A program made the position numbers and the translations under genes. A DNA stretch of 64,000 nucleotides from Myxococcota bacterium (GTDB taxonomy: Bacteria > Myxococcota_A > UBA9042 > PHBI01 > JAWLBL01). The notes beneath the pieces were generated by a model. It worked only from the letters and a program-made list of their open reading frames with translations. It was not told the origin of the DNA and did no database searches. Positions 9,779 to 18,958 of the stretch are shown in pieces (position 1 is the stretch's first letter; every line of letters starts with the position of its first letter). Where the stretch lies: NCBI GenBank assembly GCA_041687695.1, contig JAWLBL010000022.1:1-64000 (forward strand), written 5' to 3'.

Positions 9779-12091
9779 TTACTCGAGCACTTCGGCCGTC
9801 AGGGTGAAGGCCGAGGTCGAGAAGGGGTGGAAGCCCTCGACCAGGAGGGTCAGGGTCTGGCCAGCGGTGACGGTGACCTCGACCTGCTCGGTCTCGTAGA
9901 CGCTCGAGCAGCCGAGCTCGGCCATGGCGTCGGGGGCGCCGCAGGTGTCGAAGACGGCCAGGACCAGATCGGCGTCGAAGCTGGAGGGCGTCAGGGTGAA
10001 GCGCACGGTGCCCGCCTCGGTGGCCGTCCAGGTGAACAGGCGGTCGGGGCCGCTGCCCAGGACGCTGCCCGCGCAGCCCGCCGCGAAGAGCGAGGGCGCG
10101 CCCGTGTTGTCGCCCTCGACGGAGTCGGTCAGCTGGGCGGCCTGGCCGCAGTAGTAGTCGTACTCGATGGCCAGGCAGTCGCCCGCGCAGCCGTCGCCCG
10201 ACGTCTCGTTGCCGTCGTCGCAGACCTCGAGGCCGGCGATGACGCCGTCGCCGCAGTCCTCGGGCTGGAACTCGACGTTCAGCACGAAGTCGCCCTCCTC
10301 GAGCACCGTGGCGGCCGAGACCACGACGGTCACCGCCTGGGCGTCGTCGGTCACCTGGTAGACCAGCTCGCCGGTGCCCCAGGCCTCGTTGGTGGCGCAG
10401 GCCAGCTCGCTCCCGGGGTCTTCGCAGTCCGAGCGGGCGGACATGACGTGGGTGGTCGGCGAGTCGACCGTCAGGCGCAGGCGGCCGCGGCTGGGCGGGG
10501 CGAAGCGGTAGACCCGGGCGCGCGCCTGGCCGAACTGGCAGCTCGCCTGGAAGCCGTCCCAGGCGCCGGCCGTGGTGCCGTTCGTCGCGCCGACCTCGAG
10601 CAGCGGCGCGTCGTCGCAGATGACGTCGTATTCGACCATCTGGCAGTCTCCGCTGCAGCCGTCGCCCGAGTCGGTGTTGCCGTCGTCGCACGTCTCGTCG
10701 ATCTCGCCCAGCTCACCGTCCCCGCAGACCGGGACGGGCTTGCAGACGCCCAGGCCGCTGGTGAAGCGGAGGGCGCAGAACTCGCCCTCCTCGCAGCCGA
10801 GGTCGCCGAAGCAGGCCTCCTCGCACAGCATCGGGAAGGTTGGGTCGTACGCGAAGCAGATGCCGCGGAAGGCTCCGTCCTCGGCCGCGCAGCCCTGGGC
10901 CAGCGTCGCCGCGTCGCCGCACTCCTCGCCGAAGGCCACGTCGACGCCCGACTCGAACGGGGCGCAGCGGCCGAGCACCGTGCAGGCCTCGCCCTCGGGG
11001 CAGCCGGGGGCGGCGTCGAAGAACGCGCAGGTCTGGGTGCAGACCTGGGTGTCCTCGGGGCAGGTCGCGCCGGGGGCGCACGAGGTCGAGATGTCCTTGG
11101 GCGTGCAGGCCTCGCCCACGGCGGTGTCACCCGTGCGCATGCAGACGCCGAAGCTCGGGTCGACGCCCAGCTGCAGGCAGAGCTGGCCGTCGGGGCAGGC
11201 GCCCGAGGTGGCCGGGTCGCAGTCGGCGTAGCAGGCGCCCTCGCTCATCGTGCCGTACTGGACGGTGCACACGGGGAAGTCCTCGCTGCAGCCCTCGAAC
11301 TCGCCGCACTCGTGGGGGCCGCAGGTGGCGGTCTCGGGCGAGCAGACCTCGAGCATCGGGTTGCCGCAGTCCTCGGCCGACAGGCAGGGGCGGCCGGGGG
11401 TGGGCGAGGTGTCGAAGGTGAGCGCCGGCACGCGCGCGCACCGGCCGCCGATCATCAGGGTCGTCGCGCCGGTCTCGTCGATCGTGGCCTCGCGCAGCAC
11501 GAGGTCCGTGGTGCTGCCGGCGAAGACGGGCGAGAGCGGGTCGTCGACCTTGGTCAGCGTGATGGCGCCCTCGGTCGCGATGAACACGCTGGAGATGGGT
11601 GAGAAGCCGTCCCAGTCGACCGGCAGCCAGAGGCAGTGCTGGCAGGTGGCCAGGTTGTCGTTGGGAGCGACGCCGAGTTCGAACGTGCCAGGCTCGAGGG
11701 CGTCGAGCCCGAAGGTGGTCGAGTCGTACAGCTCGAGGATGAGCGCCTCGGGCAGCTCGCCGTCGAGGTTGGGCTGGGCGGCGTAGCGGACGCCGGTCAG
11801 CTGGCCGAAGAGGTTGGCCTGGAAGTCCTGGGCTCCGAGGGTCAGGTCGACGCAGTCCTCGGGAGGCGAGGTGTCGGTGTCGTCGCCGCCGTCCGGCTCG
11901 GCGTCCGGCTGTGTGTCCGGCTCGGCGTCCGGTTCGGCGTCCGGTTCGGCGTCCGGTTCGGCATCCGGCTGCTCGGTGTCGGTGACGTCGGTGTCGGGCG
12001 TGTTGGAGGGCGTCGTGCCGTCGTCGCCGCAGGCGGCGAGCAGCAAGGCGAGGGTCCCGGAGAGGACCAGCGGGAGGACGAGGCGGTTCAT
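9779..12091 (-). CDS. Large Cys-rich lipoprotein with Myxococcus cysteine-rich (DUF4215-like) repeats
   Basis: Lipobox LAAC; DAEP-rich linker; two CGDG..E.CDDGN..SGDGC..DC repeats. Confidence 0.85.
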   Translation of the reverse strand: MNRLVLPLVLSGTLALLLAACGDDGTTPSNTPDTDVTDTEQPDAEPDAEPDAEPDAEPDTQPDAEPDGGDDTDTSPPEDCVDLTLGAQDFQANLFGQLTGVRYAAQPNLDGELPEALILELYDSTTFGLDALEPGTFELGVAPNDNLATCQHCLWLPVDWDGFSPISSVFIATEGAITLTKVDDPLSPVFAGSTTDLVLREATIDETGATTLMIGGRCARVPALTFDTSPTPGRPCLSAEDCGNPMLEVCSPETATCGPHECGEFEGCSEDFPVCTVQYGTMSEGACYADCDPATSGACPDGQLCLQLGVDPSFGVCMRTGDTAVGEACTPKDISTSCAPGATCPEDTQVCTQTCAFFDAAPGCPEGEACTVLGRCAPFESGVDVAFGEECGDAATLAQGCAAEDGAFRGICFAYDPTFPMLCEEACFGDLGCEEGEFCALRFTSGLGVCKPVPVCGDGELGEIDETCDDGNTDSGDGCSGDCQMVEYDVICDDAPLLEVGATNGTTAGAWDGFQASCQFGQARARVYRFAPPSRGRLRLTVDSPTTHVMSARSDCEDPGSELACATNEAWGTGELVYQVTDDAQAVTVVVSAATVLEEGDFVLNVEFQPEDCGDGVIAGLEVCDDGNETSGDGCAGDCLAIEYDYYCGQAAQLTDSVEGDNTGAPSLFAAGCAGSVLGSGPDRLFTWTATEAGTVRFTLTPSSFDADLVLAVFDTCGAPDAMAELGCSSVYETEQVEVTVTAGQTLTLLVEGFHPFSTSAFTLTAEVLE

Positions 12092-12454
12092 AAACCTCTG
12101 AGGGGGAAGGCGAGTAGGTTCACCCCGGGGCCAGGGCCGGTGCTTCGTCATCGGACGCCCTGCCGCGGGGAGTGGGGAGGAAATGCACAGTGTAGAGAAC
12201 CTGCGCGACACGCGCGCGGCCGGGCCGGTCGAGGATCCGGTCACCGAAAGGGCGCCAAGGCCAGGCGCGTTGCGGCGCCGGACGTGGCGCAGACCCCGCT
12301 GTGCGAACGCCGTGCCAGCTCCGAGTCGGCGGCAGCCGGCGGACGCAGCGACGCCGAGTCTGCAGGGCTCCGGCGACCGGACTGCACGAGCTCGCTCGGG
12401 CTCCGACCTCTGGAAGCCGCCGGCACCGGCGCCTTCGCCCGGGTCAGGCGCGTG

Positions 12455-13330
12455 TCAGGGGCGAGGGGACGCGGCAGCGTGGCGGTCGCGCCAGGCCGCG
12501 GAGGCGTCGAGGCCCAGGCTGTGTAGACGCGGGACGATGACGTGGTCGCGGACGTCGTCGAAGGTCTGGCGGGCGGCGGCGCCGTCGGTGAAGCCGAGGG
12601 CGCGAGCCTGCTCGAGGACGTCGGCCGGCGGCGGCGGGCCGGCGGTGAGCGTGAGCAGCTCGGCCTCGTAGGCGGCGAAGGCGACCGAGAGGTAGCGGTG
12701 GGTGCGGGCCAGGGCCGGGGCGTCGAGGCGGGGCAGGAGCAGGGTCAGCACCTCCCAGCCGAGGCGGGCGTGGAGGGTCTCGTCGCCGAGGAGCTGGCGG
12801 TTGATGGCGGCGATGAAGGGCTCCGCGATCTGCTGGCGCTGGCGGGCGAGGAGGCCGACGGCGACGGTCTCGGACAGACAGCCGATGAACAGGGCGTTGC
12901 GGAGGGCGGCCTCGAGCGGCGGGGCGGCGGCGTGGGCGGGCAGCAATGGCGGGCGGGGCGGGGCCGGGGCCTGGGGCTGGCCGCCCAGGTGGACGACGGC
13001 GCGGGCGCACAGGTCGCCGTGGTGCAGCTCGTCCATGGCGGCGCGCAGGCAGGTGAGGTGGACGCCCACGGGCAGGCCCGCCGCCATGAGCTGCGGGGCG
13101 AGCGCGGCGAAGAGGGCGGCCGAGTCGTGCTCGCGCACCATCTTGTGGCGCCAGTTCTCGCGGGCGAGCGCCACGGCGGCGGGCGCGAAGTCGGCCGACA
13201 GCGGGGCGGGCGCCCGGTCGGGGATCGGCGCGCCGCGGCGCAGCAGGCGCGAGACGATGGCGTCGCGCTCGTGGGCGAAGGGGCCGTCGGCGCCCGGCGT
13301 CAGGTCGAGGACGCGGGGGGCGTCGGTCAA
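12455..13330 (-). CDS. Ferritin-like domain (diiron) protein
   Basis: WRHKMVREHDS, DELHH, CLSET, DETLHARLGW motifs; TTG start overlaps the upstream stop (TTGA). Confidence 0.8.
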   Translation of the reverse strand: MTDAPRVLDLTPGADGPFAHERDAIVSRLLRRGAPIPDRAPAPLSADFAPAAVALARENWRHKMVREHDSAALFAALAPQLMAAGLPVGVHLTCLRAAMDELHHGDLCARAVVHLGGQPQAPAPPRPPLLPAHAAAPPLEAALRNALFIGCLSETVAVGLLARQRQQIAEPFIAAINRQLLGDETLHARLGWEVLTLLLPRLDAPALARTHRYLSVAFAAYEAELLTLTAGPPPPADVLEQARALGFTDGAAARQTFDDVRDHVIVPRLHSLGLDASAAWRDRHAAASPRP

Positions 13331-13779
13331 ATCAGGGCCTCTTCGGGCAGCTCGGGCGGGGCGAGCGGGCCCTCGACCGCGCACGAGCAGCCCCAGGCCG
13401 GCACCCAGACGCAGTCGATGGCGTCGGGGAACTCGTTGGTCGCGTTGCAGCAGTCGGCGTCGTCGTCCTTGGTGCAGGCCGGCGGGCAGACGTTGTCCGG
13501 GATGCCGCTGCACACCGGGCCGGCGTCGACCTCGAGCGCGTCCGGGGTGGCGTCGGCGGTGTCGGCGACGTCGGGCGGCGGGGTGTGGGTGTCGGACGCG
13601 GTCGTGTCGACGACCGCGTCCCCCACGGCGTCCTCCTGGGACGCGTCGCCCGTCGTGTCGCCGCTCTCGACGTCGCCGCGCTTGGCGTCCAGGCACCCGG
13701 CCAGGGTCACCGCGGCGACGGCGGCCGCGGCGCGGAGGCCGCGTGCTCTCAGGAACGATTCACGACTGCGGATGCTCAT
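13327..13779 (-). CDS. Cys-rich lipoprotein ending CSCAVEGPLAPPELP
   Basis: Lipobox LAGC, acidic linker, 8-Cys C-terminal domain. Confidence 0.8.
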   Translation of the reverse strand: MSIRSRESFLRARGLRAAAAVAAVTLAGCLDAKRGDVESGDTTGDASQEDAVGDAVVDTTASDTHTPPPDVADTADATPDALEVDAGPVCSGIPDNVCPPACTKDDDADCCNATNEFPDAIDCVWVPAWGCSCAVEGPLAPPELPEEALI

Positions 13780-13863
13780 GGGGGCTCTCTCGGTGGGTGA
13801 CGACCGTCCAGCATGCCGGGGCGGGGCGGCGCATTCAAGGACCGCGCCGCCCCGCGGGGAGCT

Positions 13864-16800
13864 TCACTCGATGCGGACGTCGTCGACGAGGATCACCGTA
13901 TCGTAGATGGAGTCGCCCGTGTCCGAGGCAAAGATGCGCAAGGTGAAGGGGCCCTGGCCGGCGAGGGCGGAGACGTCGTGGGTCGTCGTGATCCAGGGCG
14001 TCTCGAAGACGCCGCCGACGTCGAACTTCGCGGCGCTGGGCGTCAGGCCCTGGTGGAAGCGGCCACAGTTGCAGGGGTAGGTGCCCTCGCAGCTGGTGCC
14101 GGTGTCGTCGAGGGAGCAGGCGGAGGTGCCGACGCAGGCCAGGTCGCAGGCCGTCGGGTTCGGGCACGCGCCGCACGAGCCATCGGTGGGCCCGCACAAG
14201 TCGTCCACCTTCACCTCGACGACCACGACCTGCTCGCCCTCCGGGTCGTTCAGGGCGACGTGGAACTTGTCCTGGAAGGACGACCCACAGAACTCCTTGA
14301 ACTCCTCGGAGAGAAACTTCCAGGTCAGGGTCAGGGTGGTCACGTCTTCGGGGATGCAGACGTCCTGTTCGAGCGAGCCGCTCTGGACGGTCAGGCCGAG
14401 CCCGGTGGAGACCAAGCCCATGAAGCCGCCCTCGGGCGGCGACGAGCCGGAGAGCCCCGAGACGACCCGCGAGTCGCCTTCGGTGCGCCAGGCGTCGGTG
14501 CGGCCCGACTCGAAGCCGCCGTTGATGAGACCGGGATAGGACAGGTCGAGGTCGGTCGCTGCGAGGGAGCGCCACTTGCTGGCCGGGTGCGCGGGGTCGG
14601 CGCCGCCGGTGTGGGCGTCGAGCAGCGGGACGCCCGACAGGAGCGCCTCGAACAGGGCGACGACGCGGTCGCGGGCCCAGGCGCTGTCGACGTAATCGGA
14701 GAAGCCGGTGACGGCGGCGGCACCTCGGGCGATGAGCGCCGAGGCGAGGGTGCCGTTGTGGAAGGTGCGGCAGGCGCCCAGGTTGATCAGGCTGTTCGGC
14801 AGGCCGGCCTCGGCGTAGTGCTCGAAGAAGGCCGGCGTCATGGCAAAGCCGCGGTTGGTCAGCACGACGCGGCCGAGCCGCAGGTCGGCCTGGGTCCGGT
14901 CTTCGCAGTAGCCCGAAGCGCTGCCGCCCCCGCTGCCCAATACGGTCACGCAACGCGTTTTCGACGGACAGCCGCCGGTCGGATCGGCGGCGGTGACGGT
15001 GCAGGACTTGGGAGCCGTCTGGAGGGCATCGCAGGCGATGGGCTCGCCCGACCACAGGACCTCTTGCGCGCCCTGGTGGCGCCAGCCGAGGGCGGCTTTC
15101 GCCTGGGGCATCAGGTCGCCGAAGAGCGCCTCGCCGTGGGTGCTGATCGAGACGACGCCGTATCGGGACAGGGCGCGGAAGCGCTCGAGGGTCGCCATGG
15201 GCCCCCAGAGCACGTCGCCGGCCTCGACGCTGTAATGCGGGCACTGGCTGTTCGAGAGCGCTTCCGCGACTGCGGGGCCGTCGTCGGTGCCCTCGAATTG
15301 GCTCAGGAACGGGGCGAGGACGAGCGCGTCGCGGGCGCCGACCACTGGTTGCGCCTCGATCGCCGCCGGCGCGAAGCCGGGCGAGGCCGGCAGGGAGTCT
15401 GCGCCCGAGCCACCGCGGAGACCAGTCGGCGCGAGCAGGACGGCGCCGAGGATGCCGTCGTCGAAGCGCACCCACAGCGAGTGGCCGGGCCCCTCGGCCA
15501 ACCCGGCCTGCGCGACGGACGGATGTTGCTCGAGCGCCGCGAGGATGGAGTCGACGTCCTGGCCCGAGGCGGCCAGCCCCTGGGCTTCGGTCAGCGCCGC
15601 CTTGCGGCTTTGGCAGGTCAGCGGGTTGAAGCGCTCGAGGCAGGGAACGAACACGGGCTCGGACCAGGCGGCGAACGGCTCGGGCTCGGTCACCGCCAAG
15701 CGAGCGCGGTACCACTGGCCCTGGCCGGCGCAGGTCACGGAGGTCTTGTGCGAGAGGATGCGGTCTCCGGCGACCTCGTCACCGTAGGCCGAGGTTGCAC
15801 CGCTATCGACCATCGGGCCCAGGTCGATCGACCCGCCGTCCGGGGCGAGCTCGACGAGGGTGATCCCAGTGGGCTGGAGAGCGTCCACGGACGGGACCTC
15901 GAGCGTCGCGATCAGCTGCGTGGGCTCCGACTTCCAGAGGAAACCGGGGCGTACGCGCAGGGTGAGGTTCGGCGGCAGGCCGGGGTTGTAGGTGATGGTG
16001 ACGGTGTCGGTGGTCACCACGTCGCCCTGGGTCGCCGTGACGGTGACCACGTTGTCTCCGGAGGCGAGGGCGATGGGCTCGCTGTGCCAGAAGGTCTTGG
16101 GCGTGATGTCGCCCTCGTCGCCACCTTCGATGTGCCAAGCGAGCGAGTCGGCCTGGCCGAAGAGGAGACCGGACAGGACGACCTCGGGCTGGCCGACCGT
16201 GGCGGAGGGGCGGCCCTGGCCGGGCGCCGTGATGCGGACGAGGAGGCCGGCGGCCGGGTAGCCGTCTTCCAGGTTCTCTTTCTCGAAGCAGGCGCCGGCG
16301 ACGCAGACCTTGTCTGCCGCGACGCAGTCGACGGTGTCGAGGACCGTCAGCCCGTCCTCGCTGCAGGTCACCGCCGAGTCGCCCTGGCAGTGGGCGCCGG
16401 GGGGGCAGACCCACTGGACGCAGGCGGCGCCGTCCGCCGACGGGGCGCAGGACTCGCCGTCGAGGCAGGCCGTCGTCTCGAAGCCGGCCCCGTTTTCGAT
16501 GCAAGTGGCGAGATCCGACCCGCTGCACTTCATCTGGCCGGGAACGCACACGTCGACGAGGCAGGCGAGCGGGGCCCCGGGAGCGGGTTCAGCGCAGTGG
16601 TAGGCCGGCGGGCAGTCCGGGTCGGCGGTGCACTGCGAGCAAATGCCCTTGGATTTGTCACAGAGCTGACCCTGAGGCGTGCAATCTTTGTCCGAATCGC
16701 ACGGCGTCGCGGGGTAGCACGTGCCAGAGGCGCACATCGCACCTTCGCTGCAGTCGGCGTCGGCCTCGCAGTCGGCGCAGCGGCCGTCGGCGCAGACCTG

Positions 16801-17283
16801 GAGGCCGGGGCAGTCGAGCGAGTTGACGCAGGCCTGGTGCGGGACGCATTGCTGGGCGATGCAGTCGGCCGGGTCGGGGCAGTCGCTGGCCTGGAGGCAG
16901 GCGACGCACAGGCCCAGCGCGGCGGCGCAGAGGGGCTGGCCCGGCGTCGAGGCGCAGTCGGCGTCGGATGCGCAGGCCACCGGCGGCGAGTCGATGTCGG
17001 GCGCGTCGTCGCTGGTGTCGGGCGCGTCGTCGCTGGCGTCGAGCGCGTCGTCGCTGGCGTCGAGCGCGTCGTCGCTGGCGTCGAGCGCGTCGTCGCTGGC
17101 GTCGGTCGCGTCGTCACTTGCGTCGTCGGAGACCTCGCCACCGGCCCCGTCGGGATCGTCCGCCACCTCGAGGGCGACGTCGACGAGCCCGCCTACGCCT
17201 TGGGAGGGCGAGTCACAAGCGGCGAGGGCGAGCGCCGCGAGGGCGAAGAGGGTGAGCGGCCGTCGCGAGCCGAGTGTCATCAT
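13864..17283 (-). CDS. Large Cys-rich surface lipoprotein
   Basis: Lipobox LAAC; DASDDAL repeats; C..D.DC repeats; C-terminal NGGFE..W.. beta domain. Confidence 0.8.
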   Translation of the reverse strand: MMTLGSRRPLTLFALAALALAACDSPSQGVGGLVDVALEVADDPDGAGGEVSDDASDDATDASDDALDASDDALDASDDALDASDDAPDTSDDAPDIDSPPVACASDADCASTPGQPLCAAALGLCVACLQASDCPDPADCIAQQCVPHQACVNSLDCPGLQVCADGRCADCEADADCSEGAMCASGTCYPATPCDSDKDCTPQGQLCDKSKGICSQCTADPDCPPAYHCAEPAPGAPLACLVDVCVPGQMKCSGSDLATCIENGAGFETTACLDGESCAPSADGAACVQWVCPPGAHCQGDSAVTCSEDGLTVLDTVDCVAADKVCVAGACFEKENLEDGYPAAGLLVRITAPGQGRPSATVGQPEVVLSGLLFGQADSLAWHIEGGDEGDITPKTFWHSEPIALASGDNVVTVTATQGDVVTTDTVTITYNPGLPPNLTLRVRPGFLWKSEPTQLIATLEVPSVDALQPTGITLVELAPDGGSIDLGPMVDSGATSAYGDEVAGDRILSHKTSVTCAGQGQWYRARLAVTEPEPFAAWSEPVFVPCLERFNPLTCQSRKAALTEAQGLAASGQDVDSILAALEQHPSVAQAGLAEGPGHSLWVRFDDGILGAVLLAPTGLRGGSGADSLPASPGFAPAAIEAQPVVGARDALVLAPFLSQFEGTDDGPAVAEALSNSQCPHYSVEAGDVLWGPMATLERFRALSRYGVVSISTHGEALFGDLMPQAKAALGWRHQGAQEVLWSGEPIACDALQTAPKSCTVTAADPTGGCPSKTRCVTVLGSGGGSASGYCEDRTQADLRLGRVVLTNRGFAMTPAFFEHYAEAGLPNSLINLGACRTFHNGTLASALIARGAAAVTGFSDYVDSAWARDRVVALFEALLSGVPLLDAHTGGADPAHPASKWRSLAATDLDLSYPGLINGGFESGRTDAWRTEGDSRVVSGLSGSSPPEGGFMGLVSTGLGLTVQSGSLEQDVCIPEDVTTLTLTWKFLSEEFKEFCGSSFQDKFHVALNDPEGEQVVVVEVKVDDLCGPTDGSCGACPNPTACDLACVGTSACSLDDTGTSCEGTYPCNCGRFHQGLTPSAAKFDVGGVFETPWITTTHDVSALAGQGPFTLRIFASDTGDSIYDTVILVDDVRIE

Positions 17284-17409
17284 GGTCCGAGCCCTCGAGA
17301 GTGCGGGGAGACGCGGACCGACGTAGGCCGCGTGGGGGCGGACCCTAGCTCGGCGGGCGCGTGGGCGGCAACGCCTTCCGCCGGACTTGGTTACCCGGAC
17401 GCGGCCGGG

Positions 17410-18597
17410 TCAGGCGAAGCGGACCGAGTAGATGGGCGGCAGGTTGTTGGCGACGGTCAGCCAGGTCTCGCCGCGGTCTTCGCTGACGTAGAGGTTGCCG
17501 GTGGTGCTGCCGAAGGCCAGCGTGTCGCCCTGGTTGTGCAGGGCGTGGCGGTAGACGACATCGTAGGCGTTTTGCTGGGGCAGACCGTTGCGCAGCTGTT
17601 GCCAGGTCTGGCCGCCGTCGGTGGTGCGAGCGACGAAGAGGGCGCCGTCGATGGTGGTGCGCTGGAAGTCGCTCTTGCCGGGCAGTAGCCAGGCGGTGCG
17701 GCCGTCGTGCGGGTCGACGGCGACCGGGAAGCCGAAGTGGACGCCCTGGGCGGGGGCGCTGACGCGGGTCCAGGTGGCGGCGCCGTCGGCGCTGTAGAAG
17801 ACGCCCGCGTGGTTCTGCTGCCAGACGTGGTCGGGGTCGGACGGGCAGTGCTCGATGGCGTGCGGGTCGTGGCCCCACTCGGCGGCCGGGTCGGGCAGGT
17901 AGTCGTTGAGCATGCCCTTGTTGCGGCCGCGCCAGGAGCGGCCGCCGTCGGTGGTCTCGAGGACGCCGGCGGTCGAGACGGCGACCAGGACGCGGTCGGG
18001 GTCGCGCGGGTCGACCAGGATGGAGTGGATGCCGGGGGCGAAGACGCCGCCCTCGGAGGCCGGGGTGCCGAACCAGTCGGTGGCGCCCGTGCCGTCGCCC
18101 GCGAAGAGGTCGCCGCCACGGGACTCGTGGTTCCACAGGGGGCGGTTGAGTTCGAAGGTCTCGCCGCCGTCCTCGCTGACGAACAGCCCGCCCGGGATGG
18201 TGCCGATCCAGATGCGCCCGCCGCCGAAGGCCGCGCACCAGAGCTTGAGCAGGGTCGCGTCGCGGAACTTCAGGGCGGACTCGGGGGTGGCGCCGGTCTC
18301 GTCGGGCATGGGCGTGTCGAGGTAGCGGGCGCCCTCGGGGTACTTGACCTGCGGGGCGTCCGCCCAGGTCTGGCCGCCGTCGGTCGAGCGCGACAGCTTG
18401 GCGCCCCAGTGGCCGTGGCCGAGCAGGGCCCAGAGGGTGCCGGTCGCGGGGTCTCGGGCGACGAAGTTGACGCCGGCGCCGGCGTGGCCCGACAGGCGGG
18501 GCGTCCAGCCGCCGGCGGTGCGGTCGATGAGGAAGGTCCCTTTGCGGGTGCCGACGAGGATGCGCTGCGACTGCGACTGCGACTGCGACTGCGACAT
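17410..18597 (-). CDS. BNR/Asp-box beta-propeller (sialidase-like) protein
   Basis: Repeated S.DGG.TW Asp boxes; ILVGTRKG start; LPPIYSVRFA end. Confidence 0.9.
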   Translation of the reverse strand: MSQSQSQSQSQRILVGTRKGTFLIDRTAGGWTPRLSGHAGAGVNFVARDPATGTLWALLGHGHWGAKLSRSTDGGQTWADAPQVKYPEGARYLDTPMPDETGATPESALKFRDATLLKLWCAAFGGGRIWIGTIPGGLFVSEDGGETFELNRPLWNHESRGGDLFAGDGTGATDWFGTPASEGGVFAPGIHSILVDPRDPDRVLVAVSTAGVLETTDGGRSWRGRNKGMLNDYLPDPAAEWGHDPHAIEHCPSDPDHVWQQNHAGVFYSADGAATWTRVSAPAQGVHFGFPVAVDPHDGRTAWLLPGKSDFQRTTIDGALFVARTTDGGQTWQQLRNGLPQQNAYDVVYRHALHNQGDTLAFGSTTGNLYVSEDRGETWLTVANNLPPIYSVRFA

Positions 18598-18604
18598 GGG
18601 GGGG

Positions 18605-18883
18605 TCAGCCTCCGCTGAGGGCCTGCAGGATGAAGACCTTGGCGTCCGGGGCCACCGGGTCGGTCAGCCGCGTCCGGTCGACGACCCGATCCTGGCCGAT
18701 GAAGACGTTGACGTGCGGGCGCAGGCGGCCGCGCTCGTCGCACAGGTAGAAGGCGAGGCCCGGGGCGAGGGCGTCGAGCGCGCCGATGATCTCGGCGACG
18801 GTCGCGCCCGGCACGTCGAGGTCCGTCCCGGCGAGGGCCGGGAAGAAGTGGTGCAGGTGGCGCGTGAGCTCGACTCTGGGCAT
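18605..18883 (-). CDS. MoaD/ThiS family ubiquitin-like protein
   Basis: GATVAEII..L, RPHVNVFI, C-terminal ALSGG. Confidence 0.9.
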   Translation of the reverse strand: MPRVELTRHLHHFFPALAGTDLDVPGATVAEIIGALDALAPGLAFYLCDERGRLRPHVNVFIGQDRVVDRTRLTDPVAPDAKVFILQALSGG

Positions 18884-18958
18884 GGGGCGGGATGATAGCG
18901 GAGGGTGCGGAGGTGACAAGGGGGGCCCCGGAGCGAGCGCGCGCGCGACCGACGCCAC

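Noticed and set aside
11890..17125. 12-bp (DAEP) repeats near 11.9 kb and 21-bp (DASDDAL) repeats near 17.0-17.1 kb
   Set aside because: In-frame acidic linkers after lipoboxes; ordinary for such lipoproteins
13813..17688. Long antisense ORFs (also 9638-11602, 19082-21496, 29961-32747, 48560-51442, 57705-61505)
   Set aside because: Shadow frames opposite well-supported genes, expected in high-GC DNA
18565..18594. (TCGCAG)5 microsatellite as a phase-variation switch
   Set aside because: A 6-bp unit keeps the frame and only changes the SQ count
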